In this document: one piece after another, positions 1 through 9,389 of the stretch
Layout: every line of letters starts with the position of its first letter
Position numbering within the stretch: the stretch's first letter is position 1
Origin: a virus
Virus record (IMG/VR): IMGVR_UViG_3300045988_121535
DNA: 54,879 nucleotides
Strand: one strand, 5' to 3'
The notes under the pieces: model-generated
What the model was told of the DNA's origin: nothing
What the model saw: the letters and a program-made list of their open reading frames with translations, nothing else
Databases searched by the model: none
Translations under genes and position numbers: made by a program

Positions 1-110
1 AGGCGGAAACGGGGCTACACTGGCAGGCGGATACGGGGCTAAACTGGCAGGCGGAAACGGGGCTAAACTGGCAGGCGGAAACGGGGCTACACTGGCAGGC
101 GGAAAACATT
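1..110 (+). repeat. 24-nt tandem repeat (aaactggcaggcggaaacggggct-like), about 4.5 copies
   Basis: Direct inspection; same unit as the array at the window end. Confidence 0.9.
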
Positions 111-292
111 CTATCATGGTTTCTGAAAACGGTGGCAGAGCTAAAGGCGGCATGGGTAGTGTGATTGTTATGGTGGAGCGAAACGATGAAGGAGAAATCG
201 TCAATTACAAAGCAATCCAGATTGATGGGGATAAATACAAAGAAGATACATGGTATCGGTTGGAAGATGGAGAAATTAAGGAAGTGGAGTGA
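2..292 (+). CDS. C-terminal part of tandem-repeat protein (8-aa repeats A[KT]LAGG[NDY][GNW]); 5'-truncated at window start, same frame and repeat as the CDS at the window 3' end
   Basis: Frame 2 is open from base 2 and reads GGNGATLAGGYGAKLAGG... then a non-repeat tail ending TGA 290-292. No start codon. The repeat matches the array at 54530-54879. Confidence 0.6.
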   Translation, partial: GGNGATLAGGYGAKLAGGNGAKLAGGNGATLAGGKHSIMVSENGGRAKGGMGSVIVMVERNDEGEIVNYKAIQIDGDKYKEDTWYRLEDGEIKEVE

Positions 293-298
293 TGCAGA

Positions 299-670
299 AT
301 GGCAGAAATGAAGGCGTTAGAGTTTTTGAGAGAATGGCATAGAATGTGTCAAAAGTATCCGTTTTGTAGTGATTGCCCAATGGAAGATTCTTCATCTCGC
401 AGTTGTATGCCTTGTAAGTGGGTTTTTAATGATATAGAAAAAGTAATCGCTACCGTGAAAAAATGGTCTAAAGAACATCCGAGAAAAACGATTTTGCAGG
501 ATTTCTTGGAGAAGTATCCGAAAGCTGAACTGATACGTAACAAATTTCCAGAAATTTGCCCTCATTCGTTGGGATATGCGACAAATAAAGAGTGCTTTTT
601 AGATACGGACGAACAATTTGTTTCAGAAGAATGCGAAGAATGTTGGAACAGACCGTTGGAGGAGGAATGA
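299..670 (+). CDS. hypothetical Cys-rich protein
   Basis: 123-aa ORF with several CxxC/CP pairs; sits directly after the preceding gene. Confidence 0.45.
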   Translation: MAEMKALEFLREWHRMCQKYPFCSDCPMEDSSSRSCMPCKWVFNDIEKVIATVKKWSKEHPRKTILQDFLEKYPKAELIRNKFPEICPHSLGYATNKECFLDTDEQFVSEECEECWNRPLEEE

Positions 671-674
671 AATA

Positions 675-1673
675 ATGGCTGAAAATACACAGTTGACAGA
701 AAAGAAGGAATTTACAACAGCATTAAGCCGGTGGTCTAACGAAATCACAGGACTAATTGCCAAAGATTATGAGGCTTGCGGCGTTATTTTTGACGAGTAT
801 TCCAGAAAATGCGCTATGGAGGCGGTCGGGAGCATTTACAATCTTGTAAAGAACGATGGCAAAGCAAACATGAACTCTCTTGATACAAGTAACTTGAGGG
901 GCATCGTTGAAAACTGTGCAGGGCTGAAATTGAACCCTGCGGCATATCCGAGGGAGTGTTATTTCCAGCTTAGAAATGTCAAGCGTGGTAATGAATGGGT
1001 GAAGGTTGTTGAAATGGGTATTGAGGGTGCAGGATATGATTCCCTTCTTTCTCATTATGGCAAAGACGTTGAACAGGTTTATCCGTACTGGGTGGTTAAG
1101 GAAGGGGACGTTTATATCCCACCCAAACATAAGGGATTGGAGCTGACACCGCCAGAATGGGAAGAAAAAGGGTTGTCCGATAAAGCGGTTAGGGTGGTGT
1201 ATCCTGTCAAATTGAAAGACGGCACAGTGACGTATCTGACAGCCGATAGGGCAAGCGTAAAGGTCAATTTGTTGGCTCACGTTAAGCAAAATATGATGAA
1301 CGCCACATTCGGCATCTGCGAGGACAGATACAAGGCTACGGACAAGCAGAAAAAGGAAATCAAGGCAAAGAAGGATGAAATTCTGAACGCATTGAGAGCG
1401 TGCAGCACAGTTGATGATATGTTGGAATGTGAAGTCGCAAGACCTTTTATCAGCGGTGCATGGTTGGATACGCCAGAGAGCATGATTCAGAGGAAAATGT
1501 GCAACAATGCCACGAGGAAGTATCCGAAGGATTATGACCAGATGGCGAGACAGGCACAAATTGAATTGGACGATACATACCGTCAGACGCAGGATGATGT
1601 TGTGGAAAGTGCAAATTCGGTTGATTTTGACGAGGAAAACATCATTGATGGGGAAATTGTACAGGAGGTGTAA
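675..1673 (+). CDS. putative RecT/Bet-like single-strand annealing protein
   Basis: ATG 675 with GGAGGA RBS 8 nt upstream. Internal pattern NCAGLKLNP...GIEGAGYDSLLSHYG resembles the RecT core. Lies in a module with MBL-fold, SSB and an SMC-like ATPase. Confidence 0.4.
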   Translation: MAENTQLTEKKEFTTALSRWSNEITGLIAKDYEACGVIFDEYSRKCAMEAVGSIYNLVKNDGKANMNSLDTSNLRGIVENCAGLKLNPAAYPRECYFQLRNVKRGNEWVKVVEMGIEGAGYDSLLSHYGKDVEQVYPYWVVKEGDVYIPPKHKGLELTPPEWEEKGLSDKAVRVVYPVKLKDGTVTYLTADRASVKVNLLAHVKQNMMNATFGICEDRYKATDKQKKEIKAKKDEILNALRACSTVDDMLECEVARPFISGAWLDTPESMIQRKMCNNATRKYPKDYDQMARQAQIELDDTYRQTQDDVVESANSVDFDEENIIDGEIVQEV

Positions 1674-1676
1674 GCG

Positions 1677-1898
1677 GTGATTATTGTGAAGTTGACGATT
1701 GCTCTTTGGATGATTGCTATCGTGTCTTTCGAGAGAATCTTTTGGTTGTCTCGTAAAGATGAAAAAATTGGGCTATATAGAGCTTTCATCTGTTATGTAG
1801 TGGAAAATAAAATCACGGCGGGATGCTTGGCGGTTTCTGTATTTTCCGCTTCTATTTTGACAGTGGCGAGCGCAATTTGGCTTTTGGTAAGGGGGTAA
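1677..1898 (+). CDS. small hydrophobic protein (GTG start)
   Basis: 73-aa ORF with two hydrophobic segments; start uncertain. Confidence 0.25.
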   Translation: MIIVKLTIALWMIAIVSFERIFWLSRKDEKIGLYRAFICYVVENKITAGCLAVSVFSASILTVASAIWLLVRG

Positions 1899-1902
1899 AA
1901 AT

Positions 1903-2268
1903 ATGAGAGTTATTAGTCAGGACGGCAGAGTTGATTTTCCTTATGAGCAGTTTGTAGTTGCGATTGATGCCACAACCGAAACAACGATTCTTTCCTTTCC
2001 GACAGGCCTTGCTGATGATACCCATTTCAATTTAGCCGAATATTCAACAAAAGAAAAAGCCGCAAAGGCTATGGAAATGTTGAGAGGAACATATATCGGT
2101 ATGCCTATCGTAATGCAGAATGTTGATGTTTCAGAAGATATGGCGAAGGCATTTGAAAGATTAAAGAAATGCAGCGTGGTGGTGCGAGCAGATAATCAGC
2201 CGTCAAAAGTAGAGTACATTAACAATGTTATCTTTAAGTTTCCCAAGGATGATGAAATCGAGGTGTGA
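1903..2268 (+). CDS. hypothetical protein
   Basis: 121-aa ORF packed between neighbours. Confidence 0.45.
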   Translation: MRVISQDGRVDFPYEQFVVAIDATTETTILSFPTGLADDTHFNLAEYSTKEKAAKAMEMLRGTYIGMPIVMQNVDVSEDMAKAFERLKKCSVVVRADNQPSKVEYINNVIFKFPKDDEIEV

Positions 2269-2984
2269 GTATGAGATTAAAATGCTTAGGCTCATCGTCA
2301 GCCGGAAATTGCTATCTGCTAACTTCCGACAATGGAGAAACACTTATCCTTGATTGCGGAATACCGATTAAGGAGATTAAAAAAGGCTTAGATTGGAACA
2401 TTAAAGATGTTGTGGGTGTGTTATGCACCCATAAACACCTTGACCACAGCAATTCGGTAAAAGATTTTAGGCAAATGGGAATACCTGTTTTCAAGCCGTA
2501 TGAAAATACAGAAACTTTCGTAAAAAAGTATTCTGGTTTCAAAATACAGGCGTTTGACCTTACAACGATTGACGGCAGATGGACACACACAGATGCAGAC
2601 GGAGAGCCTTGTGCTTGTTATGGTTTCCTTATTGAACACAAGGAAATGGGGAGAATGATTTATATAACGGATACAGCCATTGTTAAATGGCGGTTCAAAA
2701 ATATCAACCACATTCTTCTCGGTGTGAATTATGACAAGGATATGATTCATCCCGATAACGAGGGGAAAAAGAATCATATTTTTGGCGGTCACATGGAGAT
2801 TGGAACAGCTTGCGAGTTTGTAAAGGCGAATAATTCTGATTGCTTGCACAATGTCATAATGTGCCATTTGTCAGCCGATAATGCCGATTCCGATAAATTC
2901 ATCGAGCGTATGAAAAAAGCGTGTCCTGCGGCGAATGTGTACGTTGCTGGGCGTAATGATTGGTGGTGGTTAAGGAATGGCTAA
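2265..2984 (+). CDS. metallo-beta-lactamase-fold hydrolase
   Basis: HxHxDH motif (CTHKHLDHSN); 4-nt overlap with the upstream gene. Confidence 0.8.
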   Translation: MSMRLKCLGSSSAGNCYLLTSDNGETLILDCGIPIKEIKKGLDWNIKDVVGVLCTHKHLDHSNSVKDFRQMGIPVFKPYENTETFVKKYSGFKIQAFDLTTIDGRWTHTDADGEPCACYGFLIEHKEMGRMIYITDTAIVKWRFKNINHILLGVNYDKDMIHPDNEGKKNHIFGGHMEIGTACEFVKANNSDCLHNVIMCHLSADNADSDKFIERMKKACPAANVYVAGRNDWWWLRNG

Positions 2985-3228
2985 AGTTTGTTTTTGTTTG
3001 AACGCAGACATTAAAGGAAAGGATGGCATTTGTCCTTGCTATCAGTGCGAAGAAAGGGCTGTCGGGTGCCATTCTTCCTGTGAAAAATTTGGTTTTTGGA
3101 GTGAAAACCATAAGAAAAACAAAAGGGAGATTCAAAAGAAAGTATACATAGAACGGCAAGCTGATTATAGGAGAAAAGACTATCTGCAAAAACGCAGAGC
3201 GGAAAGAAAGAGAGGGAACTATGAATAA
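2977..3228 (+). CDS. small Cys-rich basic protein
   Basis: 83 aa with CxxC pairs and a K/R-rich C-terminus; ATG overlaps the MBL stop. Confidence 0.4.
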   Translation: MAKVCFCLNADIKGKDGICPCYQCEERAVGCHSSCEKFGFWSENHKKNKREIQKKVYIERQADYRRKDYLQKRRAERKRGNYE

Positions 3229-3643
3229 GTGCATTTTCATTGGGCGAACCACGAGGGACATAGAGCTGCGGTATACGCAAAGCGCAAATCCGTTGGCGGT
3301 CGGGAACACGAGCCTTGCTGTAGAATCTGGATACGGAGAAAAGAAGAAAACGTATTTTTTCAACATAACAGCTTTCGGCAAAACGGCAGAAACAATGGGG
3401 CAGTTTGTAAAGAAGGGTACGAAAATTGCGGTCGAGTGCGAAGCCAAAGAGGATGAATACACAAACAGGGAAGGAAACAAGGTCAGACAGGCTTCTTTCA
3501 TTGTCAAATCCTTTGAGTTTATGGAGAAAAAAGCCGCAAACGGAAACGCGCAGCAGCAAGGGAAAAATGAAATGCCGCAGGATAACGGAAACGGTTTTTA
3601 CCCTGTGAACGAAAGCATTGAGGACGACGATTTGCCGTTTTAA
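3221..3643 (+). CDS. ssb: single-stranded DNA-binding protein
   Basis: OB-fold SSB N-terminus (MNKCIFIGRTTRDIELRYT), Gln/Gly-rich linker and acidic tail DDDLPF. Confidence 0.9.
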   Translation: MNKCIFIGRTTRDIELRYTQSANPLAVGNTSLAVESGYGEKKKTYFFNITAFGKTAETMGQFVKKGTKIAVECEAKEDEYTNREGNKVRQASFIVKSFEFMEKKAANGNAQQQGKNEMPQDNGNGFYPVNESIEDDDLPF

Positions 3644-3820
3644 AAAATAAGAAAGGCGGAGACTGATTTTGAGAATAGAAAATTTAATCGGTTTTTTGAA
3701 AGAGAATTTTGAAAAAGGGATACAAATGTTCGATACTCCGAATATTGTAGGCGATTTTATGGTGCCTATTTATAAGAAGGACAATATATTGGTGTTGTTC
3801 GCACCAGTATATGACTATTA

Positions 3821-4075
3821 TTGAGATATTCGGAATATCTGATGAAGAATTTGAAAGAGTTGAAAAAGAGGTTAATCGGAAAAGGTGGTAAGATTTATAT
3901 ATCAAATTCTCTAGTATGGGAATATAACGGAGAAAAACTCCGTGTTGTTGAATGGGCAGAAAGATTAGGGGTTACTCCTCATTGTCTATTACACAGAAAG
4001 GAGTTGGGGTGGGACCTCGAAAGAATATTAACCACTCCAGTAAAAGGTGACAATAATGGGAAAGCCAAATTATAA
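3821..4075 (+). CDS. small HTH protein resembling homing-endonuclease DNA-binding (NUMOD-like) module
   Basis: Segment VVEWAERLGVTPHCLLHRKELGWDLERILTTPV; weak RBS; overlaps the next gene in another frame. Confidence 0.3.
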   Translation: MRYSEYLMKNLKELKKRLIGKGGKIYISNSLVWEYNGEKLRVVEWAERLGVTPHCLLHRKELGWDLERILTTPVKGDNNGKAKL

Positions 4076-4637
4076 ACAGATATATGCAATTAAGGCAGAA
4101 CGAGAGGGCAGAATTAAAAAAATCTGCCCGAACATTCCGTATTCAAGCGGTATCTATGTGTTTTATAGGACTGATGAGGCGCAAATTCGTCGGGCGTATT
4201 GCGGTCAAGCAATCAATTTGTGCGAGAGGTGCGCTTCTCATTTGGGTGAATACGACCATATCGCATTAAGTCTTAAAAAGCATGGATTTTACAGTGGCGA
4301 AAATCCGTATGGTTGGAAACTGGCATTTAAAACTTGCCCTAAGAGCGAGTTAGACGAAAGAGAGGTTGCAACGATTAAGTCATTCGCAGATGACGGATTT
4401 CAAATGTATAACGTGACCGCAGGTAGCCAATCAATAGGAAAGCTTGTGACAGGGCAATATAAGCAGCCTAAAACCTATTCACAAGGCGTACAGCAGGGCA
4501 GAAAGAATCTTGCGAAAGAATTATCGCATATTGCAGAAAAGCACCTCACAATCGAAATTAGGGCGGATAAGAGGGGCAATAAGATTTCAGAACGGCAGTA
4601 TGAGAAATTTATGGAGTTGATGAAAGGTGGCGAATAA
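4056..4637 (+). CDS. GIY-YIG family nuclease (homing-endonuclease-like)
   Basis: GIYVFYR...AYCGQAINLCERCASH...E...N pattern; ATG 4056 with AAAAGG RBS. Confidence 0.7.
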   Translation: MGKPNYKQIYAIKAEREGRIKKICPNIPYSSGIYVFYRTDEAQIRRAYCGQAINLCERCASHLGEYDHIALSLKKHGFYSGENPYGWKLAFKTCPKSELDEREVATIKSFADDGFQMYNVTAGSQSIGKLVTGQYKQPKTYSQGVQQGRKNLAKELSHIAEKHLTIEIRADKRGNKISERQYEKFMELMKGGE

Positions 4638-4639
4638 CA

Positions 4640-4948
4640 ATGAGCGGCGGAAGTTGGAGTTATCTATACTCAAAGGAAGTTGACGAGCTTGTGCAGTATG
4701 GAAGTATTAGATTGTTAGAAGAAATGGCTGACTACCTTAATTCGAGTGGATATGAAGATGTGGCAAAGGATGTGAGGAGATTAGTCGAGTATATCAAATC
4801 AGCCAGAATCAGAATTGAAACGCTTCACGAAATGCTCAGTCCTGTTTTTAAGGCGGTTGAGTGGTACGATAGCAGCGATTGCGGGAAAGATTCAGTTATC
4901 AGGGCAATAGAAGATTACAGAAATGGAAGGGCGGCGATTGATGATTGA
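4640..4948 (+). CDS. hypothetical protein
   Basis: 102-aa ORF; 4-nt overlap with the next gene. Confidence 0.45.
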   Translation: MSGGSWSYLYSKEVDELVQYGSIRLLEEMADYLNSSGYEDVAKDVRRLVEYIKSARIRIETLHEMLSPVFKAVEWYDSSDCGKDSVIRAIEDYRNGRAAIDD

Positions 4949-5910
4949 GATATGGGTTGCCATACCAGGGAAGTAAAAACTCTATTGCAAAATGGCTAAT
5001 ATCGAATTTGCCTTCTGCGGATACGTTTGTAGATTTATTTTGCGGTGGCGGTGCTGTTACGCATTGTGCAATGTTAAGTGGAAAATGGAACAACTTTATT
5101 ATGAATGACATAGACGCAAGGCTGCCTATTCTATTCAAGGATTGCGTATACGGAAAGTATACAGTTGAAAACAGGAGAGAATGGGTTGATAGGGAAACAT
5201 TTAACAGGATGAAAGACAAAGATGCTTACATCGCTCTTGTCTGGTCGTTTGGGAACAACGGAAAGAATTACATATACGGCTCTGATATAGAAAAATTTAA
5301 AAAAGACTATCACAGAGCGGTTTATTCAAACGATACAAGTATTTTGGAAAAGTATGGATACAAAATAAATCCTTCAAAATTAAACGATGTGTATGGGCGT
5401 TATCTTGAGTTTAACAGGCAGATAAAGAAGTTTGCAAGAAATGATTTGGGCATCCTTTCAAGACAAATAGAAATAGAACGCCTGCAAAGCCTGCAAAGCC
5501 TGCAAAGCCTGCAAAGCCTGCAAAGCCTGCAAAGCCTGCAAAGCCTGCAAAGCCTGCAAAGCCTTGGCGTTGATTACAGAAGCGTTAAAATTCCGAATGA
5601 CGCAGTGATATATTGCGATATTCCATACGCAGGAACAAATTGTGGAAAATATCAAGGATTTAATCACGGAGAATTTTGCGAATGGGCTGAATGGCAAGAT
5701 AACATTTTTATATCAGAATATCAAATGCCAGAAGCATTTATCCCGATAGCAAAAACAACAAAAAGAGTCTTGTCTGCGGCAAATGGCAATAGCAAGGTAG
5801 CAACAGAATACTTGTTTACCAACCGAAAAACATACAACAGATTTTCAAAGGAGAGAAAAGAAAAAATAGGTCTTGAAATGGCAAGCCAATTAAGTTTGTG
5901 CAATTTGTAG
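4945..5910 (+). CDS. N6-adenine DNA methyltransferase, Dam-like (D12 class)
   Basis: N-terminal YQGSK...FCGGGAV (FxGxG AdoMet motif) and C-terminal DIPY (DPPY variant). Contains an in-frame (SLQ)9 repeat in the TRD region. Confidence 0.8.
   Translation: MRYGLPYQGSKNSIAKWLISNLPSADTFVDLFCGGGAVTHCAMLSGKWNNFIMNDIDARLPILFKDCVYGKYTVENRREWVDRETFNRMKDKDAYIALVWSFGNNGKNYIYGSDIEKFKKDYHRAVYSNDTSILEKYGYKINPSKLNDVYGRYLEFNRQIKKFARNDLGILSRQIEIERLQSLQSLQSLQSLQSLQSLQSLQSLQSLGVDYRSVKIPNDAVIYCDIPYAGTNCGKYQGFNHGEFCEWAEWQDNIFISEYQMPEAFIPIAKTTKRVLSAANGNSKVATEYLFTNRKTYNRFSKERKEKIGLEMASQLSLCNL
5481..5561 (+). repeat. perfect 9-nt microsatellite (cctgcaaag)x9 inside the Dam-like MTase ORF, encoding (LQS)9
   Basis: Direct inspection: 81 nt of uninterrupted 9-mer repeats. 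Confidence 0.95.
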
Positions 5911-5931
5911 AGGTTGAAAGGAGGCGAGTAA

Positions 5932-6246
5932 TTGAGAATTTACATAAGCGGTGCTATTACTGGCACAGAGGATTTCAGAGAAAGATTCCTTGAGGCGGAA
6001 AAGGAACTGATTGCAGCAGGACATGATACGGTAAATCCTGCGAGGTTGAATGACATTATGCCAAAAGATGCGACACATGAGGAATACATGAGAATGTCTT
6101 TTGAGTTGCTCGATATTTGTGATGCAATTTATATGTTGGATGGATGGGAAAGCAGCAAAGGGGCAAATCAAGAATACGGTTTCGCCAAAGGAAAGGGAAT
6201 TGAAATTTATGGTTGTATAGAGAGGTGGAGGAATGAAATTCGTTGA
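5932..6246 (+). CDS. DUF4406 (nucleoside 2-deoxyribosyltransferase-like) protein
   Basis: TTG start with GGAGG RBS; MRIYISGAITG...NP...CDAIYMLDGWESSKGA signature. Confidence 0.6.
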   Translation: MRIYISGAITGTEDFRERFLEAEKELIAAGHDTVNPARLNDIMPKDATHEEYMRMSFELLDICDAIYMLDGWESSKGANQEYGFAKGKGIEIYGCIERWRNEIR

Positions 6247-7669
6247 CTTCTTCTCTGGGATTGGCGGATTCCGCAGAGGGACGGAGTTGGCGGGGCATGA
6301 ATGTGTGGGATTTTGTGAATTTGATAAATTTGCAGTAGCCAGCTACACCGCCATGCACACCATGACTGGAATCCAACGAGATTATTTAGATATGCTGCCA
6401 AAAAATAAAAGAGTGGCAGAGGCAGGAAAGGAGGAGTACAGGCATGGAGAATGGTACGCAAATGATATTAGACGGATTTTCGCCGAGGACATCCCAAAAG
6501 CAGACTGCTGGTGTTTCGGATTCCCGTGTCAAGATATCAGCGTTGCCGGAAAGCAGCTTGGCTTTAACGGAGCAAGAAGCAGCTTATTTTTCAGAGTTAT
6601 CAGACTTGTGCAAGACCTCGAAGAAAAGGATAGACCTACATACCTATTCATTGAGAACGTTAAAAACTTACTTAGCGTTAATGGGGGAACGGACTTCCTT
6701 AAACTTCTCATTGCGCTGGACGAAAGCGGGTACGATGCAGAATGGAAAATTATCAACTCTGCCGAGTACATCCCACAAAACAGAGAGCGTGTTTTCGTTA
6801 TCGGACATCTTAGAGGGAGAAGTACCGCAAAAGTATTTCCTATCGAAAGAGCAGACAGAGAAAATAGTGTTCAAATAATCGGACACAGAGAAGGATTCCG
6901 CAGGAATATGCAAGTGTTCTCTCCGGATGGAATAACAGAAGCGTTAGACACAGGTCAGGGCGGCGGTATAGGTCATTATACAGCATTCCCTATTTTCTGC
7001 GATATGTCAAAAAGTGCAGGAATACAAACCTATGATAAGGCGTTTTGTTTGCAAGCGAGATATAACAAAGGTGTTTGCAACAGAAAAGAAGAAGTAAGCG
7101 GTGTATGCGTTCCTGTGTTAACGCCTGACAGGGCGGAAAAAAGACAGAACGGCAGAAGGTTTAAAGACAACGGAGAGCCGATGTTTACGCTTACAGGGCA
7201 GGACAGACACGGAATCGGAATTGAAATTGCGGGGATTTTGCGGAATGTTAGGACGGAATACGGAAAGAAAATTCGGAAAGATTATGAAGCAGGAAAAATC
7301 GATATTTCCAGACATAAATTTCTTGAAAGCGAGATAAGAGAAGATGGGATAGTTAACACCCTATCGACCGTCCAGAAAGATAATTTGCTTGCTGTTAAAG
7401 TGAGAGAGGGCAAAGAAAAAGATGGTTTGTTTGTAAAAATATCTGATGTTCTTACCGTGTATGCCGTTTGGTACGAAAAATATCAGTGCTATATTGCTAT
7501 CCGCAAACTGACACCGAGAGAATGTTTTCGGCTGCAAGGATGGTCGGATGAATATTTCGATAGGGCTAAATTGATAAACAGTGACAGTCAGTTGTATAAA
7601 CAGGCAGGAAACGGCGTGACGGTGCCTGTGATATACGAAATTGCAAAAAGGATGAGGGCGGAGAAATGA
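6233..7669 (+). CDS. DNA cytosine-5 methyltransferase
   Basis: Motif I FSGIGG, motif IV PCQDIS, motif VI ENVKNL, motif X QAGNGV; long variable TRD. Confidence 0.92.
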   Translation: MKFVDFFSGIGGFRRGTELAGHECVGFCEFDKFAVASYTAMHTMTGIQRDYLDMLPKNKRVAEAGKEEYRHGEWYANDIRRIFAEDIPKADCWCFGFPCQDISVAGKQLGFNGARSSLFFRVIRLVQDLEEKDRPTYLFIENVKNLLSVNGGTDFLKLLIALDESGYDAEWKIINSAEYIPQNRERVFVIGHLRGRSTAKVFPIERADRENSVQIIGHREGFRRNMQVFSPDGITEALDTGQGGGIGHYTAFPIFCDMSKSAGIQTYDKAFCLQARYNKGVCNRKEEVSGVCVPVLTPDRAEKRQNGRRFKDNGEPMFTLTGQDRHGIGIEIAGILRNVRTEYGKKIRKDYEAGKIDISRHKFLESEIREDGIVNTLSTVQKDNLLAVKVREGKEKDGLFVKISDVLTVYAVWYEKYQCYIAIRKLTPRECFRLQGWSDEYFDRAKLINSDSQLYKQAGNGVTVPVIYEIAKRMRAEK

Positions 7670-8148
7670 AACAGAAATATGAGGACGATTTAACAAAGGC
7701 ATTACGTTGCCTTGGCAGCCAAAACGGAGAAGGATTCTGCTATGAGGATTCGGAAAATATGATGAGATGGAAATCTGGAGAAAAGCTTATTATGTGTATG
7801 GAAAATCCAGTTTCAGTGGGTAAAGAGCAATGCCCATATTACCAAAAAATATACGACCATTGTTTTGAGAATGGAGAATGTATGGATTGGCTCGGAAAGG
7901 CTGCGGATGAGATTGTTTTTTTGCGAAAGGAACTGGAAGAATTGCGGGAATACAAGGCAAGAATGGAGATGCAATATCTGAATGATATAAGCAATCCGTT
8001 AGATCCGCTCAAATTGCAAAGTGCATTGGAAAGCGAGATTTTCAAGTATAACTATAGAAAAGAGCATAAGCCGCAGGACATCAATATTTTAGATTACACG
8101 GTAATGGCTGCGTTAAAGGACTGCTTGGAAAGACAGGTGGAGAAATGA
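7666..8148 (+). CDS. hypothetical Cys-rich protein
   Basis: 160-aa ORF overlapping the neighbours by 4 nt. Confidence 0.45.
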   Translation: MKQKYEDDLTKALRCLGSQNGEGFCYEDSENMMRWKSGEKLIMCMENPVSVGKEQCPYYQKIYDHCFENGECMDWLGKAADEIVFLRKELEELREYKARMEMQYLNDISNPLDPLKLQSALESEIFKYNYRKEHKPQDINILDYTVMAALKDCLERQVEK

Positions 8149-8327
8149 TTGAGAAAAACAAAGAAACCAACAAATACCATGCCGTCTGCGACTGCTGTTA
8201 TGAATTTTCGGATGAATATGACAGTTTTAAAGAATGTCAGCATGGTATCAAATATAACGGATGGAAAATGCACTATGACAAAGATGAGGGAGAATGGGAA
8301 CATTTCTGCCCGAGTTGTAAGGAGTGA
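8145..8327 (+). CDS. small zinc-ribbon-like protein
   Basis: 60 aa with CDCC...CQHG...CPSC. Confidence 0.35.
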   Translation: MIEKNKETNKYHAVCDCCYEFSDEYDSFKECQHGIKYNGWKMHYDKDEGEWEHFCPSCKE

Positions 8328-8332
8328 GAAAA

Positions 8333-8740
8333 ATGAGAGCGATACTTGAAGAAAAGATTAACCAGTTAAGAGCGGCAGAAAAACGGCTCCGGAAACATCT
8401 GTCGGAGGATGAATTTGGAGTGGTCAGAAGAACTGCGGAGGGATTTGGACAGGAAGCTGACTTGCTGGAGGAACTAAAACGCTACAGGGACTTGGAAGAA
8501 CAGGGGCGGTTGTTGGTGCTGCCCTGCAACGTAGGAAAATATGAAAAAAGATTAGTCGATTTAGAGAAAGCCATGGACGAGAGTACTTTATATGATTGGT
8601 ATGTCACTTCTGTAGTGCAGAAAGATACGCCTGTTTGGACCGAGGAGCATATCGAAGAATTATTGAATGATTTTTATGTTATTCCAAAAGAAGCGGAAAC
8701 GGAATTGGAGAAAAGGGGGTGTGAAGCGGATGGCGATTAA
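8333..8740 (+). CDS. hypothetical protein
   Basis: ATG 8333 with GGAG RBS 8 nt upstream. Confidence 0.45.
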   Translation: MRAILEEKINQLRAAEKRLRKHLSEDEFGVVRRTAEGFGQEADLLEELKRYRDLEEQGRLLVLPCNVGKYEKRLVDLEKAMDESTLYDWYVTSVVQKDTPVWTEEHIEELLNDFYVIPKEAETELEKRGCEADGD

Positions 8741-9389
8741 ACCAATTTTATTTAACACCGAAATGGTACGAGCGATTCTGGATGGGAGGAAGACTTGCAC
8801 CAGACGGGTTGCAAAAAATGTTCCAGACCACATACATAGGATTGAGCCTGTTTATGAAAATGGCCGCTTTCAATTTGATTGTTTTTATTCTTCGTATGTA
8901 GTTGCACTTGATGCTTATGCCGACTTTTGTATGCCATGCTTGCCGCCGTACCAGCAGGGGGATATTCTGTATGTTCGGGAAACATGGAGTCATCCTATTG
9001 TTCCGTCTGATAAAAATAGATATGTGTATCGGGCAGACGAAGTTGCAGAAGATGGATTTAAGAATGAAGCGCATATATGGCATCCATACATCCACATGCC
9101 GAAAGAAGCTGCGAGAATATGGCTGAAGGTTACGGATGTACGGGTGGAGCGGTTGCAGGAATGCGGAGAAGGATGGTGTATTGATATTGAAAAAGAGGGC
9201 ATTGCAACCCCGCAGGACCCTATATTATACATAAGTGATGACGCTTTCCATGACGCATTAAGAATGGAATTTCAAAAAATTTGGGACAGCACCATCAAAA
9301 AATCTGACCTTGACCGTTACGGATGGGACGCTAATCCTTGGGTTTGGGTGGTTGAATTTGAACGGTGCGAGAAGCCGAAGGAGGAATGA
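8730..9389 (+). CDS. conserved phage protein with ASCH-like N-terminal motif
   Basis: MAIKPILFNTEMVRAILDGRKTCTRR (GxKTxTRR) after an AAGGGGG RBS. Confidence 0.4.
   Translation: MAIKPILFNTEMVRAILDGRKTCTRRVAKNVPDHIHRIEPVYENGRFQFDCFYSSYVVALDAYADFCMPCLPPYQQGDILYVRETWSHPIVPSDKNRYVYRADEVAEDGFKNEAHIWHPYIHMPKEAARIWLKVTDVRVERLQECGEGWCIDIEKEGIATPQDPILYISDDAFHDALRMEFQKIWDSTIKKSDLDRYGWDANPWVWVVEFERCEKPKEE

Noticed and set aside
1-110. Possible CRISPR array suggested by regular 24-nt repeats at both window ends
   Set aside because: The repeats are contiguous with no intervening unique spacers and are translated in-frame as 8-aa protein repeats; this is not a CRISPR architecture.
753-1559. 268-aa minus-strand ORF
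   Set aside because: Fully embedded antisense in the RecT-like gene; no RBS; an open frame in a moderate-GC coding region.
5458-5697. 79-aa minus-strand ORF with (ALQ)n repeat
   Set aside because: Antisense to the (SLQ)9 microsatellite inside the well-supported Dam-like MTase gene.
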